From: an uncultured Actinomycetota bacterium
Lineage (GTDB): Bacteria; Actinomycetota; Actinomycetes; JAHEKZ01
DNA: 64,000 nt
Direction: 5' to 3'
Assembly (NCBI GenBank): GCA_963829525.1
Contig: CAWHIJ010000003.1
Coordinates: forward strand, 2,048,001 to 2,112,000
Positions 1-11,086 of the stretch are shown piece by piece. Below the pieces are notes generated by a model. It searched no databases. It saw nothing but the letters and a program-made list of their open reading frames with translations, and was not told the origin of the DNA. Position 1 is the first letter of the stretch. Each line of letters opens with the position of its first letter. Both the position numbers and the translations under genes were made by a program.

Positions 1-54
1 CGCGACCGGGTGACTGCGATCCTCGAAGATGAGCACGGCGAAATCATCAACTAG
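1..54 (+). CDS. 3' end of an unidentified CDS (partial)
   Basis: Frame 1 is open from the window edge (RDRVTAILEDEHGEIIN*) with GC3-rich codons; too short to identify. Confidence 0.4.
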   Translation, partial: RDRVTAILEDEHGEIIN

Positions 55-154
55 CGACGTGGTTGGGCGCGAAGACCTCTGACCAACCGATCTTGGCACT
101 TTGACAGAGGGAGCCGCCCCACCCACGGTCCGAGCCTGGGGCAGGATGGGGGCC

Positions 155-721
155 ATGGCTCTCACGTCGTCCCTCGTACCGCTCGGCACTCCCGCTCCTG
201 ACTTCACGCTGCCTGACGTGGCGGCCACTTCGCACTCACTCAGTGACTTCACCACGCCGGTGCTGGTGGTGGCATTCGTCTGCAACCACTGCCCGTACGT
301 CAAGCACATCGAGCTGGCGCTCGGACGGATCAAGGCGACCGACCAGGTCGCCATCGTCGCGATCAGCAGCAACGACATCGAGCGCTACCCCGACGATGCT
401 CCCCCGCAACTTGCCGATCAGGCCGAACGTGCCAACTGGACCTTCCCGTATCTAGTCGATACCGACCAGACGGTGGCGAGGGCCTACGGAGCCGTCTGCA
501 CTCCGGACTTCTTCGTCTACGGACCCGACCGCGCGCTGGCCTATCGGGGCGCCTTCGATGCGTCGACACCTGGCAACGGCGAGCCTGTCACCGGTGCCGA
601 CCTGACCAGCGCCATCGCACTGGTTGCAGCAGGACAACAGGTTCCCGAGCCGCACCGCCCGAGCATGGGCTGCGGTATCAAGTGGCTGCCCGGCAACGAG
701 GAGGCGGGAGTGAACCGATGA
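155..721 (+). CDS. Thioredoxin-fold AhpC/TSA-family protein (PRX-like1)
   Basis: LGTPAPDFTLPD, CNHCPYV, YGAVCTPDFFVY and PSMGCGIKW motifs; start moved to ATG 155. Confidence 0.9.
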   Translation: MALTSSLVPLGTPAPDFTLPDVAATSHSLSDFTTPVLVVAFVCNHCPYVKHIELALGRIKATDQVAIVAISSNDIERYPDDAPPQLADQAERANWTFPYLVDTDQTVARAYGAVCTPDFFVYGPDRALAYRGAFDASTPGNGEPVTGADLTSAIALVAAGQQVPEPHRPSMGCGIKWLPGNEEAGVNR

Positions 722-1239
722 TTCTCGGTGGAGCATTCGACGACGTTCTCGCGGCCAACGCGGAGTTCTCAGCGCACTTTGAGAACTCAGGTTTGCCTGC
801 CAGGGCCGCGAAGGGCTTGGCCGTGCTCACCTGCATGGACTCTCGGATCAACCCGTTCGACATTCTCGGGATCGGCCCCGGCGACGCCAAGGTGCTGCGT
901 AATGCCGGGGGCCGAGTGACCGAGGACGTACTCCGCACTCTGGTGCTCGGCGCCTACCTGCTCGACGTCACCCGGGTCCTGGTGATGCCGCACACCCACT
1001 GTCGGATGGCCGAGTCGACCGAGAATGACATCCACGCCCTGATTGGCGCCGAGTTCGGCGTGGACACCCGGAGCCTGGAGTTCCGCACCACCGACGACCA
1101 GGTGGCATCCCTGCGTCATGACCTCGTGCGCATCCACGCCTACCCGCTGCTCCCGAGGGGACTACAGATCGGTGGGGCGGTCTTCGATGTCGACACGGGC
1201 AGCCTGCATCCAGTGCCGCTCGACACGTCCTACGACTAG
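718..1239 (+). CDS. Beta-class carbonic anhydrase
   Basis: TCMDSR, LRNAGG and HTHC zinc-ligand motifs; ATGA overlap with the upstream stop. Confidence 0.9.
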   Translation: MILGGAFDDVLAANAEFSAHFENSGLPARAAKGLAVLTCMDSRINPFDILGIGPGDAKVLRNAGGRVTEDVLRTLVLGAYLLDVTRVLVMPHTHCRMAESTENDIHALIGAEFGVDTRSLEFRTTDDQVASLRHDLVRIHAYPLLPRGLQIGGAVFDVDTGSLHPVPLDTSYD

Positions 1240-1259
1240 CGGCGCGCGCTCTCTCTGCG

Positions 1260-1529
1260 CTAGTCGCGACGGGAGTAGGCGCCCGACGTGTAGGAGGCGA
1301 TGTCGAGTGCGACGCCGAAGAAGACCAGGAACCATCCGAATCCGGAGACCTCCTGGATCGGCGCCCACGCGATCGCCCAAAAGAGTGCAGTCCAGGGCAA
1401 GAAGATCAGCCCGAGGAGCTTGACCCAGAAACTGTCGATCGACTGGTTCACCTCGTTGGTGAAGATCCAGGCGAAGAGGAACGCAATACGGGGACCGACC
1501 AGGCCCATCAGGGCAACGATGCAGCACAT
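1260..1529 (-). CDS. Small membrane protein (about 3 TM)
   Basis: 89-aa hydrophobic ORF (LGLIFLPWT) directly downstream of parE. Confidence 0.75.
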   Translation of the reverse strand: MCCIVALMGLVGPRIAFLFAWIFTNEVNQSIDSFWVKLLGLIFLPWTALFWAIAWAPIQEVSGFGWFLVFFGVALDIASYTSGAYSRRD

Positions 1530-1547
1530 GGCCGCGACCCTACCGGC

Positions 1548-3726
1548 TCAGGCGTCGATGCGGGCCCGGTCGAGGTCAGCGGCTCCCTCGATGATGAAGT
1601 CGCGCCGTGGGGCGACCTCATTGCCCATGAGGAGCTCGAAGACACCAGAGCCCTCTTCGGCGTCGGCCAGGGTGATCCGCCGTAGCGTCCGGCGCCGGGG
1701 GTCCATGGTGGTCTCGCGCAGCTGCTCGGCGTCCATCTCGCCGAGCCCCTTGTAACGCTGGATCGGCTGCTTGATCCGCTTGCCCTTCTTCTCCAGGTCG
1801 GCGAGCAGCTTCTTCATTTCGGCATCGGTGTAGGCATAGATGTACTCGTTCTTCTTGCCGCCCCCGGTTACCACCTCGATCCGGTGCAGCGGCGGCACGG
1901 CCGCGTAGACCCGACCGGACGCCAGCATGGGGCGCATGTACCGGTGGAACAGGGTGAGGAGCAACGTGCGGATGTGGGCGCCGTCGACGTCGGCGTCAGT
2001 CATGATGATGACCTTGCCGTAGCGCACGGCGTCGGGGTCGAAGGTGCGCCCTGAGCCAGCGCCCAGCACCTGGATCAGCGATGCGCACTCGCTGTTCTTC
2101 AGCATGTCTGCGACGGACGCCTTCTGGACGTTGAGGATCTTGCCGCGGATGGGCAGCAGCGCCTGGAACTCCGACGACCGCGCCGAGCTTGGCGGTGCCG
2201 AGCGCGCTGTCGCCCTCGACGATGAAGATCTCGGTGCGCTCGACGTCGTCGCTGCGACAGTCGGCCAGCTTGGCCGGCAAAGACGAGGTCTCCAACGCGT
2301 TCTTGCGGCGTTGCAGCTCTTTGGACTGGCGCGCCGCGATCCTCGCGCGGGAAGCGCCTGCCACCTTCTCCAAGACCGCGCGAGCCCGTGTCTTGTCGCC
2401 TCGTTTGGTGGAGGTCAGCAGCTTGGTGAGCTCACGGTGCACCACGTGCGAGACGATCCTGGTCGCAGCCGAGGTACCAAGAACCTCTTTGGTCTGGCCC
2501 TCGAACTGCGGCTCGGCCAGCCGAACACAGACGACTGCGGTAAGACCTTCGAGGACGTCATCCTTGATGACGGGGTCGTCGTTGACCTTGAGCAGCTTCG
2601 CCGCCCGTAGCTGTTCGTTGACCGTGCGGACCAGCCCCCGCTCGAAGCCGGAGATGTGAGTGCCGCCCTTGGGCGTCGCGATGATGTTGACGAAACTGCG
2701 CACCGTGGTGTCGTATCCAGTGCCCCAGCGCAGCGCGATATCGACGGTGAGCTCGCGCTCTACCTCAGTTGGCGACATGTGCCCTTTGGAGTCGAGCACG
2801 GGGACGGTCTCGTGAAAGTGGCCAACGCCGTGCAAGCGGACCACATCGGCGATGGCTTCGTCGTTGCTCAGGAACTCGACGTACTCAGCGATACCCCCGT
2901 CGAAGCGGAAGGACTCTTCGACAACCTCCTCCGCACGCTCGTCGTGCAGGTGGAGGGTGAGCCCGGGCACCAGGAACGCGGTCTGGCGCATGCGCGCCCG
3001 TAACTCGTCAAGGGAGACCTCGGCGTCCCCCAAGAAGATCTCCCGGTCGGCCCAGTAGCGGACGCGGGTGCCGGTCTTCTTCCTGGGCGCCTTGCCCACG
3101 ACGCGCAGCCCCGAACGCTTGACGAAGTCGGCGCCGTTGTCGGGGCCGGCAAACTCGCCAGGAATGCCGCGCCGGAACGACATCGTATGGATCTTTCCGT
3201 CCCGGTCGACCTCGACGTCGAGGCGCGAGGAGAGTGCGTTCACCACCGAGGCGCCGACCCCATGGAGGCCTCCGGACGCGGTGTATGACCCACCCCCGAA
3301 CTTCCCTCCGGCGTGCAGCCTGGTCAGGACCACCTCCACGCCGGTGAGCTTGGTCTTAGGCTCGACATCGACGGGAATGCCACGCCCGTCGTCCTCGACC
3401 TCGACCGACCCGTCCGGCAGCAGTCGTACGTCGATCCGGTGGCCGTGGCCGGCGAGCGCCTCGTCCACAGCGTTGTCGATGATCTCCCAGAGGCAGTGCA
3501 TGAGACCGCGGGAGTCGGTGGAACCGATGTACATGCCGGGGCGCTTGCGGACGGCCTCCAGGCCCTCCAGCACCGAGAGGTGCTTGGCGGTGTAGCCGCC
3601 GCCCCGGCCGGAGCCGGAAGCAGCCCCCTTCGCGGCCGGTTTGCGAGTCGGGGAAGGGGTCGACTTGGCGCCCTGCCCGGCTGCGGGATCTGCTGTGGGA
3701 CTGGCGGAGGCACGGGCTGCTGACAC
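1548..3726 (-). CDS. parE: Type IIA topoisomerase B subunit (topoisomerase IV ParE/GyrB2), +1 frameshift at about 2183-2185
   Basis: GHKL motifs [19 protein letters not shown] and [14 protein letters not shown]; TOPRIM IVEGDSA, then [19 protein letters not shown] and YKGLGEM in the next frame; removing one base in CTCGGCGCGG restores KLARSSEFQ. Confidence 0.93.
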
Positions 3727-3986
3727 GCCTCTGAGGCTATCTGGCAGGTCCGACCGGGTGACGTTGGCGCACCGATGGGTGCAGTTCGGTCACAATTGGC
3801 GTGTCGTGACCCAGATCAGCCGATGCTCTGGGTGATGGTGTACGCCAACGGCGAACCTAGCCGCTGGCAGCAGCGGGAAGTGTCGGACTGTGATGTGATG
3901 TTGAACAAGGAGCCGGGATCTTCCCGGCACCGACCCGACGGTCACGTGGCCACGGCCGCGAGGCTCTCAGTGAGGAGTGAGGCGAC

Positions 3987-4187
3987 GTGACAACCACACT
4001 GGCCCCCGACACCACGCTGACCGCTGCCGACCGCTGCGACAAATGCGGCGCGCAGGCATATGTCCGAGTGCGCCTGATCACCGGCGAGCTGCACTTTTGC
4101 GCCCACCACGCCAAGCAGTTCGAACCCAAACTGAAGTCCGTAGCCGTCGAGATCACCGACGAGACCGCTCGCCTTGGTGGCAACTGA
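3987..4187 (+). CDS. Conserved small actinobacterial Cys/His (zinc-finger-like) protein, DUF7455-like
   Basis: DRCDKCGAQAY...LHFCAHH; GAGGAG RBS; divergent from parE as is typical in actinobacteria. Confidence 0.85.
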   Translation: MTTTLAPDTTLTAADRCDKCGAQAYVRVRLITGELHFCAHHAKQFEPKLKSVAVEITDETARLGGN

Positions 4188-4337
4188 GCGTCTCGCGCAG
4201 ATCGGTCGCACGCTCGTCGAACCGTCGCGGAAGCGAATGACGACGGGTTGGACGCCTTAGGTCCGAATCCAACCCCCGCGGCTGCGATTCCTCGCCCACC
4301 TCCGGCTCGACTGATCAATCGTTGCGGTCGCCGATGA

Positions 4338-4376
4338 GTCAACAGTGTTGACAACAGCGCTGACACCGCCCAGGAT
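4338..4376 (+). promoter_or_regulatory. Sigma70-type promoter overlapped by a palindromic TetR operator
   Basis: Palindrome GTCAACAGTGTTGAC (4338-4352) plus an imperfect copy (4350-4364); TTGACA (4348) -17 bp- CAGGAT (4371); the GTG start lies 7 nt after the -10, implying a leaderless mRNA. Confidence 0.7.
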
Positions 4377-4382
4377 GTCTCC

Positions 4383-5066
4383 GTGGCTACCCGAACGGAG
4401 CAACGCGCCGAGCTCTCCCGCGAGCGAATTCTGGACGCCGCGCAGGCGGTGATCGAGCGCGACGGTGACACCGCCTTGACCTTCCGGCGCCTTGGCTCAG
4501 AGCTCGGCGCGGACCCCACCGCCGCCTACCGCTACTTCCGAAGCAAGGACGACCTGTTGCTGGGGCTCGGCGACCGACTGCTCGGCCAAGCGATGGACTC
4601 CGCTAACGCGCAGGCCTCCCCCGGCGACGGATGGCGGGAGAACCTGCTGACCTTGAGCCACTCGCTGCGCAACGCCCTCGTGCGGCACCCCCGTCTGGCC
4701 GTCCTGATCAGCGTCCGCACTACCCAGGGCGAGCAGGAGGCGCGCGGCATTGAGCGGATCCTTGCGACTCTTTCCGCGACAGGCCTGTCGACCCGTGAGG
4801 CGGTTGGTGTTTGGCGCGCACTCGCCGACACCGTCCTGGCCTGGTCGAGTTTCTCGGCGGCCTACGTGGCGCTGCCCGACGAGGCCAAAGCACGTGACGC
4901 AGCCGCCTGGACGACTACCTACCGACAACTTCCGGCTGACAAGTACCCCTACATCCATGCCGCGCGTCCCTATCTGGATGAATACGACGACGCCTTCGAT
5001 TTCGCCATCGGGCTGCTGCTCGACGGTGTGGCCAACCGCATCACCACCCCTCACCAGGAGTCCTGA
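4383..5066 (+). CDS. TetR/AcrR family transcriptional regulator
   Basis: N-terminal HTH LSRERILDAA...LTFRRLG..LG.DPTAAYRYF.SKDDL; TetR_C-like C terminus. Confidence 0.93.
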   Translation: MATRTEQRAELSRERILDAAQAVIERDGDTALTFRRLGSELGADPTAAYRYFRSKDDLLLGLGDRLLGQAMDSANAQASPGDGWRENLLTLSHSLRNALVRHPRLAVLISVRTTQGEQEARGIERILATLSATGLSTREAVGVWRALADTVLAWSSFSAAYVALPDEAKARDAAAWTTTYRQLPADKYPYIHAARPYLDEYDDAFDFAIGLLLDGVANRITTPHQES

Positions 5067-5068
5067 AA

Positions 5069-6979
5069 ATGAACACCCTCAACCGTCGCCAGTTCCTCGC
5101 CGGAGCCGGCGCCACCGGAGCCGGCCTCGCCGCCGCGACGATCCCCACCGCAGCCAGTGCATCGATCGGCCACAACAAGGCCAGCCGGATCATCCGGAAC
5201 GCCCGCGTCTTCGTCGGGGACCGGCAGAACACAGTCGCCGAGGCAATTGCCGTTGGGAGAGACGGAACCATCGTCGGCGTCGGCTCGTATCAGCGGCTCA
5301 AGCGCTACGCGAACTCCAAGACCGAAGTCATCGACGGCAATGGCGGGACAGTGATCGCCGGTCTTCAGGACGGTCACTCCCACCCCATGTACGCCGGCTT
5401 GCGCGCGATGAACCCCTCGTTGGAGGACGCCGAGCTCAGCGCAGCAGACATCCAGGCGCTCGTTGCCAACTTCCTGACCGACCCCACCTACGGCAACGAG
5501 CCAGACACCTGGCTGACGGTAGAGGGCTGGAACCCAGCTGGCACCCCCACCGACACCCTCCCTCACAAGGACATCCTCGACTCGCTCAACACCGCTCGAC
5601 CGATCGCGCTCAACGGCTCGGACGGTCACAACCTCTGGGTCAACAGCAAGGCGCTCCAGATCGCTGGCGTCAACGCATCCACCAAGGACCCGTCTGGTGG
5701 CGAGATCGTTCGGGACAACAACGGTGAGCCGACTGGCGTACTGAAGGACGCAGCGCAAGATCTCGTGCGCCAGTACATCCCAGGGGTCACTCCTGAGCAG
5801 ATGTACGACGCGTTTGCCTGGGCATACGCGCAGATGGCGGCCGGTGGAATCACGTCACTCTTCGACGCCTGGGTCGAGCCATGGCAGCTCGGCTTCTACG
5901 CAGCTCTTGCCGAGAACAGCCAGCTGCCACAGCGCATCTACCCGGCGATGATGGTACCGACCAGTGCGGTCTCCGATCCGGACGCCGTTCTCGCCAAGGT
6001 CACGCGGCTCGCTGCGAAGTACGCCGGCGTCCCCAACCTCAACTTCGGCGCCGTCAAGGTCTTCATGGACGGCGTCATCGAGTACCCGGCCCAGACTGCC
6101 GCCCTGCTCGAGCCCTACACCGATGCGAACGGTAACCCCACCGAGAACTACGGCGACCTCTATGTGGACGCTACGACGCTTGGCGCATTCACCACCGTGA
6201 TGGACAAGGCCGGATGGCAGGTCCACACCCACGCCATCGGCGATGGCGCCGTCCGTGCAGCCCTGGATGGCTTCGCCATCGCGAGGGCAGCCAACGGGAT
6301 GTCGAACAGCCGGCACACCATCGCGCACCTCCAGCTGGTGCACCCCGACGACTACGGCCGATTCGCCGAGCTCAACGTCATCCCCGACATGCAGCTGCAG
6401 TGGGCTACCCGCAATGTCTGGACCATGGAGGCGCTGCTGCCGTTCATCGGCGAAGAGCGTCACGCCCGCATGTACCCGGCGAACAGCATGCTCAAGGCCG
6501 GTGCGCCACTGGCCGGTGGAAGTGACTGGCCGGTCGACCCGCTCTACCCATGGAATCAGGTGCAGTCGGCGATCGACCGCGTCGGGCTCTACGGCGAAGG
6601 TGCTCCACTCAACCCCTGGGAAGGCATCAGCCGCACCCAGTCGCTGCGTATGCACACCAGCGGAACGGCCTACCAGCTGCACCAAGAGAAGAGCACCGGC
6701 ACCCTCGAGGTCGGTAAGCAGGCCGATCTGGTGCTGCTCGACATCGACATCGCGACGTGCCCGGTCTCGCAGATCAAGGATGCCGTGCCGCAGCTGACCA
6801 TGCTCGGCGGCGATCTCACCTTTGAGCTTGCCTCGTCCTCCGGTCGCGCCGTGGCGCGGTCCATGGAGTCTGCGGCTGCGGCCAAGAAGATCGTCCAGAA
6901 GGGACAGGGCCGGCTGAGCCACGACCAGCTTCGTGGACGCCACGAGGGTTGCCCCTGCACCGCGGGCGGCGGCCACTAG
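5069..6979 (+). CDS. Tat-exported amidohydrolase family 3 protein (YtcJ/NfdA-like)
   Basis: NRRQFL twin-arginine signal; DGHSH, KVFMDG, HTHAIGD and GSDWPV motifs. Confidence 0.88.
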   Translation: MNTLNRRQFLAGAGATGAGLAAATIPTAASASIGHNKASRIIRNARVFVGDRQNTVAEAIAVGRDGTIVGVGSYQRLKRYANSKTEVIDGNGGTVIAGLQDGHSHPMYAGLRAMNPSLEDAELSAADIQALVANFLTDPTYGNEPDTWLTVEGWNPAGTPTDTLPHKDILDSLNTARPIALNGSDGHNLWVNSKALQIAGVNASTKDPSGGEIVRDNNGEPTGVLKDAAQDLVRQYIPGVTPEQMYDAFAWAYAQMAAGGITSLFDAWVEPWQLGFYAALAENSQLPQRIYPAMMVPTSAVSDPDAVLAKVTRLAAKYAGVPNLNFGAVKVFMDGVIEYPAQTAALLEPYTDANGNPTENYGDLYVDATTLGAFTTVMDKAGWQVHTHAIGDGAVRAALDGFAIARAANGMSNSRHTIAHLQLVHPDDYGRFAELNVIPDMQLQWATRNVWTMEALLPFIGEERHARMYPANSMLKAGAPLAGGSDWPVDPLYPWNQVQSAIDRVGLYGEGAPLNPWEGISRTQSLRMHTSGTAYQLHQEKSTGTLEVGKQADLVLLDIDIATCPVSQIKDAVPQLTMLGGDLTFELASSSGRAVARSMESAAAAKKIVQKGQGRLSHDQLRGRHEGCPCTAGGGH

Positions 6980-7045
6980 GTCGTTGTCGACCCGTCTACG
7001 ACGTGACCGGTGCTAGCGTCGAGCCCTCAGAAGCTAGGGGGACTG

Positions 7046-7928
7046 ATGAGGCGCCACACCACGGCGGGGCTCTTGTTGTTCACCGCGATTGCTGGCGTCG
7101 GCTGCACTGACTCGACCGAGCCGGCAGCGACCTCGCCCACGAGTAGCGCATTCATCCACAGAACCAGATGGCGGCGATTCCTCACTGAGCCAAGACGGAG
7201 CCCAAGCGGCCCTCAACGACGCCATCGCGGCCGTGGACGAACAAGGCTCGGTCGGCTTCACCTCCCGAGGCGAGAACGTGATCGATGACGAACTCACCAA
7301 GATTTCGGGCTCGGGCGCCTGGACGAAGAAGCCGCTGGCGTGGACGACGACGACCACCCTCGATCGACCGAGGGGCCGCACCTTCGATTCCCCAGGAGAC
7401 GAGACCACCGAACAGATCTACCTGGGCTCGACGCCGGCAGGTCCTTACGTGAACCTCACCTATCCCGACCTACCGAAAAGGTGGCAGCCTATTCCGTGGA
7501 TCCAAGTTCCCGGGTACGGCGTTCGTGAAGGTGTCACAAGAGAGGACATCCGCACGCCACTCGATCTCAGGATGCTCCTTCAGACCGAAGCTTCCACCGG
7601 CTCCGCCCTCGGCGACACCTTGACGATCAGCGGAACCATTCCAACCTCGTCGGCGCTCGACGTGCTTGACCTGACCAGCCATCTCGGCGGCCTCGGTTTC
7701 GCGAACCGCTTCGAGGACAGCACCACTCGAGTTCTGGTCACCATCGGAGCCGACGGTCTGCCACAGACGCTGGAGTTCGCTGGAACCAACATCAGCCTGC
7801 CAGGGGTCGGTCTGCCCGACTACGTGGCCGAGGAACTGGCGGGCGCCCGCTACTTCGTCGAGTACGGGGATGCGAAGTTGAACGGCCCCATCAAGGTGCC
7901 GGCCAAAGTCCCCGACGTCACACCCTAG
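7046..7928 (+). CDS. Putative lipoprotein (LppX/LprAFG-like), +1 frameshift at about 7151
   Basis: Signal peptide with lipobox-like GVGC in the frame of ORF 7010-7288; body in the frame of ORF 7089-7928; removing one T in GCATTCATCC joins them. Confidence 0.65.
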
Positions 7929-7946
7929 CTACTCGCGCGCCGCGAT

Positions 7947-8742
7947 TCAGCATCCGATATCAACCCAGTGCGGCCTGCGACCCACAAGAACCCCGTGTGC
8001 ACGAGCTCTCTGCCGCATGTGGTTCCGATACCTATGCATCGTGTGATGCGAGAAGTCGGTATGGGTCATGCACTTCCATGACCTGTACCGCTCATAGCGC
8101 AGTGGACTGAGCAGGCTCTCGCCATGGCCGATGACGTTGCGCAGTTTGATGTTGTACTTCGCCATCAGCCACAGCGTCAGGTGGAACGACGCTTTGCGCT
8201 GCCGATCGCGACTCATGACCTGGCGGTCAGATGTGCCCACATGCTCGATGCCGATGGCCATCTGATTCAGTCCAATCGTGTGCCGGCAGCGGAGGTCGAG
8301 CGGCACGGTGCGATATATGCGGCCTCGCGCATCGATGATGAAGTGCGTGCACACCCCTGGCGACTCTCCGATGTCCTTGGTGTTGTTGGCCATCGTCCAC
8401 CAGGCGCTCATCATCGACGGACCATCGGTGTAGTGCTCGACAATCACCCGCGGATTGTTGAGGTGGTACTGCCGCTTTCCATAGTGACGCCCCGAGTATC
8501 TCGCCATTTGCATCTTGCGCATGTGGTGGAAGGGAATCAGCTTGGTCGTCATCTCGGGTCGCAGCGACGAGGCACGCTGCTTCTGGGCCTGGCTGGACTC
8601 CGATCGCGTACGCCTGAGCGGGGCGCGGTGCCCACGCGTGGCTCCAAACGCCGACCACGAGGAGCGCTCCCACCAATGCAACGCCGAGAACTCTGCTGCC
8701 GCTACCCACGTGCCGGTCCGAAGGACTTCTTCGTAGTCTCAT
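7947..8742 (-). CDS. Secreted N-acetylmuramoyl-L-alanine amidase (Amidase_2), frameshift near 8600-8660
   Basis: VIVEHYT, THFII, NQMAIGIEH and VIGHGE motifs in ORF 7947-8681; the hydrophobic signal peptide lies in the adjacent frame. Confidence 0.75.
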
Positions 8743-8815
8743 TCTGTTAACACTAACCTCGCGCTCCATGTGATCCAGTGCTCAGCAGTGGCTCAATACA
8801 TCCCGGAGGTCTCTC

Positions 8816-10261
8816 GTGCCCACTTATGACGCCCAGCTCTTCATCGCCGGCTCCTACGTCGACGGCGACACCGACGAGGTCATCACCGTCCACTCCCCCG
8901 TCACCGGAGAACACCTGGTCGACCTGCCGGTCCCGTCCGAGGCGCAGGTGGACCAGGCAGTCGATGCCGCCCGGGCCGCCTTCGACCAGTATCGGCACTG
9001 GTCGGCCCAGGAGCGCGCCGACCTCTGCCACCGGGTCGCCGACCTCATCGAGGAAAACGCCGACGAGCTCGCGCGCCTGACCACGATCGAGCAGGGCAAA
9101 CCGCTGCACGCCGAAGCGCACGACGACGTCGAGGACACCGTCAGCCTCTTCCGCGTGTCAGCTGAGGACTCGCTGCGCCTCTATGGCGAGACGATCCCCT
9201 CCGGTGAGCGCAACAAGCGCATGTTCACCTGGCGCGCACCGATCGGCGTCTGGGCAGGCATCACACCGTGGAACTTTCCACTGATGATCGCTGCCGAGTT
9301 CATCGGACCGGCTTTGGCCACCGGTAACGGCATCGTCGCCAAACCGCCGTCCATCACCCCTCTGGCGGCCCTCAAGCTCGGCGAACTTCTCGCTGCGGCG
9401 GGCGTCCCTGACGGGCTGGTCTCGATTCTGCCCGGCGAAGGTGCCATTGGTGAGCAGTTGGTGACCCATCCGGGCGTTGACGCCATTGGTTTCGTCGGAT
9501 CGTCAGCGACCGCCGAGAGGATCGTCAAGGCGGCCGGCCTCAAGCGGTCGATCATCGAGGCTTCCGGCAACGGCCCCGTGGTCGTCCTCGCCGACGCCGA
9601 CATAGAAAAGGCCGCAGCGGCCGCCGTCTATGGCGCCTACTGGAATGCTGGCCAGGTCTGCTGTGCCACCGAGCGGGTCATTGTCGACGCGTCGGTCAAG
9701 GACGAGTTCGTCCAGGCGGCGTTGAAGGCGGCCGAGGCGGTCTCTCTCGGCGACCCGTTCGACAAGCAGACCCTGATGGGCCCGCTCTGCAACGAGATGA
9801 CCGCGGCGAAGATGGATCTCCATGTTGCAGACGCCGTGCAACAGGGCGCGTCCGTGTTGGCCGGGGGCCAGCGCCATGGCGGTCAGCCGACCGACCTCTA
9901 CTACGAGCTCACCGTGCTCGACGGCGTGACCGAGCGGATGCTCGTCTCTCGCGAAGAGTCGTTCGGCCCCATCGTTCCGGTCATTGCCGCCAACGGCGAC
10001 GACGAGGCGCTGCGGATCGCCAACTCTGACTCACTTGGGCTCCAGGCCGCAGTCTTCACCCAATCGCTGCAGCGGGCCTTCCGGTTCAGTCAAGAGATGA
10101 AGTTCGGCTCGGTCGTCGTCAACGACTCCACGGACTACTTCGAGAATGCGCAGCCGTTCGGCGGCGCCGGTGGCACCCGTACTGGCTGGGGACGCGTCGG
10201 TGGTATGGCCCAGATGCGCGACATGACCGACGTCCGCACCACCGTCATCAGCCTGGACTGA
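8816..10261 (+). CDS. NAD(P)-dependent aldehyde dehydrogenase
   Basis: ITPWNFP, FVGSSAT, IEASGNGP, NAGQVCC and EESFGP motifs. Confidence 0.95.
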   Translation: MPTYDAQLFIAGSYVDGDTDEVITVHSPVTGEHLVDLPVPSEAQVDQAVDAARAAFDQYRHWSAQERADLCHRVADLIEENADELARLTTIEQGKPLHAEAHDDVEDTVSLFRVSAEDSLRLYGETIPSGERNKRMFTWRAPIGVWAGITPWNFPLMIAAEFIGPALATGNGIVAKPPSITPLAALKLGELLAAAGVPDGLVSILPGEGAIGEQLVTHPGVDAIGFVGSSATAERIVKAAGLKRSIIEASGNGPVVVLADADIEKAAAAAVYGAYWNAGQVCCATERVIVDASVKDEFVQAALKAAEAVSLGDPFDKQTLMGPLCNEMTAAKMDLHVADAVQQGASVLAGGQRHGGQPTDLYYELTVLDGVTERMLVSREESFGPIVPVIAANGDDEALRIANSDSLGLQAAVFTQSLQRAFRFSQEMKFGSVVVNDSTDYFENAQPFGGAGGTRTGWGRVGGMAQMRDMTDVRTTVISLD

Positions 10262-10361
10262 CCCCGGAGTCTCGCCGCGTGCGCACCAGGTTGACGCATA
10301 GGTGCGCTGAGTGCCGGTTCTGCGACAGGCTGGCGCTGATCTGACACTCCGGAGGTTTCTC

Positions 10362-10988
10362 ATGTCCTGGTCCCCGTATCCGACCGAAGCGCGCCAACGT
10401 CGAGCCACCGTCTCGCGCGACGTCCTGGCCATCCTCGCGATCGTCCTGCTGGCCTGGCTGGGACGCCGCGTCTATCAGCTCGTCGACGACCTCCGGACGG
10501 TCACCGACGCCGTTAACAACGCAGGCGCCTCCGTGCAGGACGGCTTTCAGACGGCTGCTGATGCCATTTCAGGGACACCACTAATCGGGGACGACATTGC
10601 CGGCGCCTTGGAGTCAGCCGGTGACGCAGGCGGCGGTAACGTCGTCGACCTCGCCCTGACCGGAGACACCGCGATCCACCGACTTGCGCTCGCCCTCGGC
10701 CTGTTGACCTTCCTCATTCCGACCCTGATCCTTTTGCTTCTCTACATCCCGATGCGCGTCGGCCAGACCAGGCGACTCCACGCGTCACGACTGGCCTACC
10801 GCGACGAGCACAACCCCGAGCGGCGAAGACTCCTCGCGATGCGGGCGGCTATGTCGCTCCCCGCCGACCACCTTCTCAAGTTCAGCCCTGACCCGATCGG
10901 TGACCTCCTCCGCGGCGACCACGATGCCCTTGTGGCTGCCCTTCTCTCCGAGGCTGGAATGGCTCCTGCCCGGGCACCGGCTGGATAG
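10362..10988 (+). CDS. Conserved membrane protein, 2 TM
   Basis: GGAGG RBS before ATG 10362; two hydrophobic segments. Confidence 0.75.
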   Translation: MSWSPYPTEARQRRATVSRDVLAILAIVLLAWLGRRVYQLVDDLRTVTDAVNNAGASVQDGFQTAADAISGTPLIGDDIAGALESAGDAGGGNVVDLALTGDTAIHRLALALGLLTFLIPTLILLLLYIPMRVGQTRRLHASRLAYRDEHNPERRRLLAMRAAMSLPADHLLKFSPDPIGDLLRGDHDALVAALLSEAGMAPARAPAG

Positions 10989-11086
10989 CCCAACGTCCCG
11001 ATCCGGCGACAGTGGACATTGGTCACTTGCCACACAGGGGTCGACACCAGTAATCAGGACATGTCGACCATGAAAGGCGGCTTTGA

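Noticed and set aside
2170-2200. Programmed frameshift in parE
   Set aside because: No slippery run at the site, and similar +1 events in neighbouring unrelated genes point to sequence error
3876-3905. SigR/SigH-type GGAA...GTT promoter upstream of the small Cys/His gene
   Set aside because: The spacing is longer than the consensus, so it cannot be supported from sequence alone
4245-4275. GGGTTGGA...TCCAACCC hairpin, loosely similar to 17732-17768
   Set aside because: Too short and divergent to call a repeat family; it may be a terminator or regulator site
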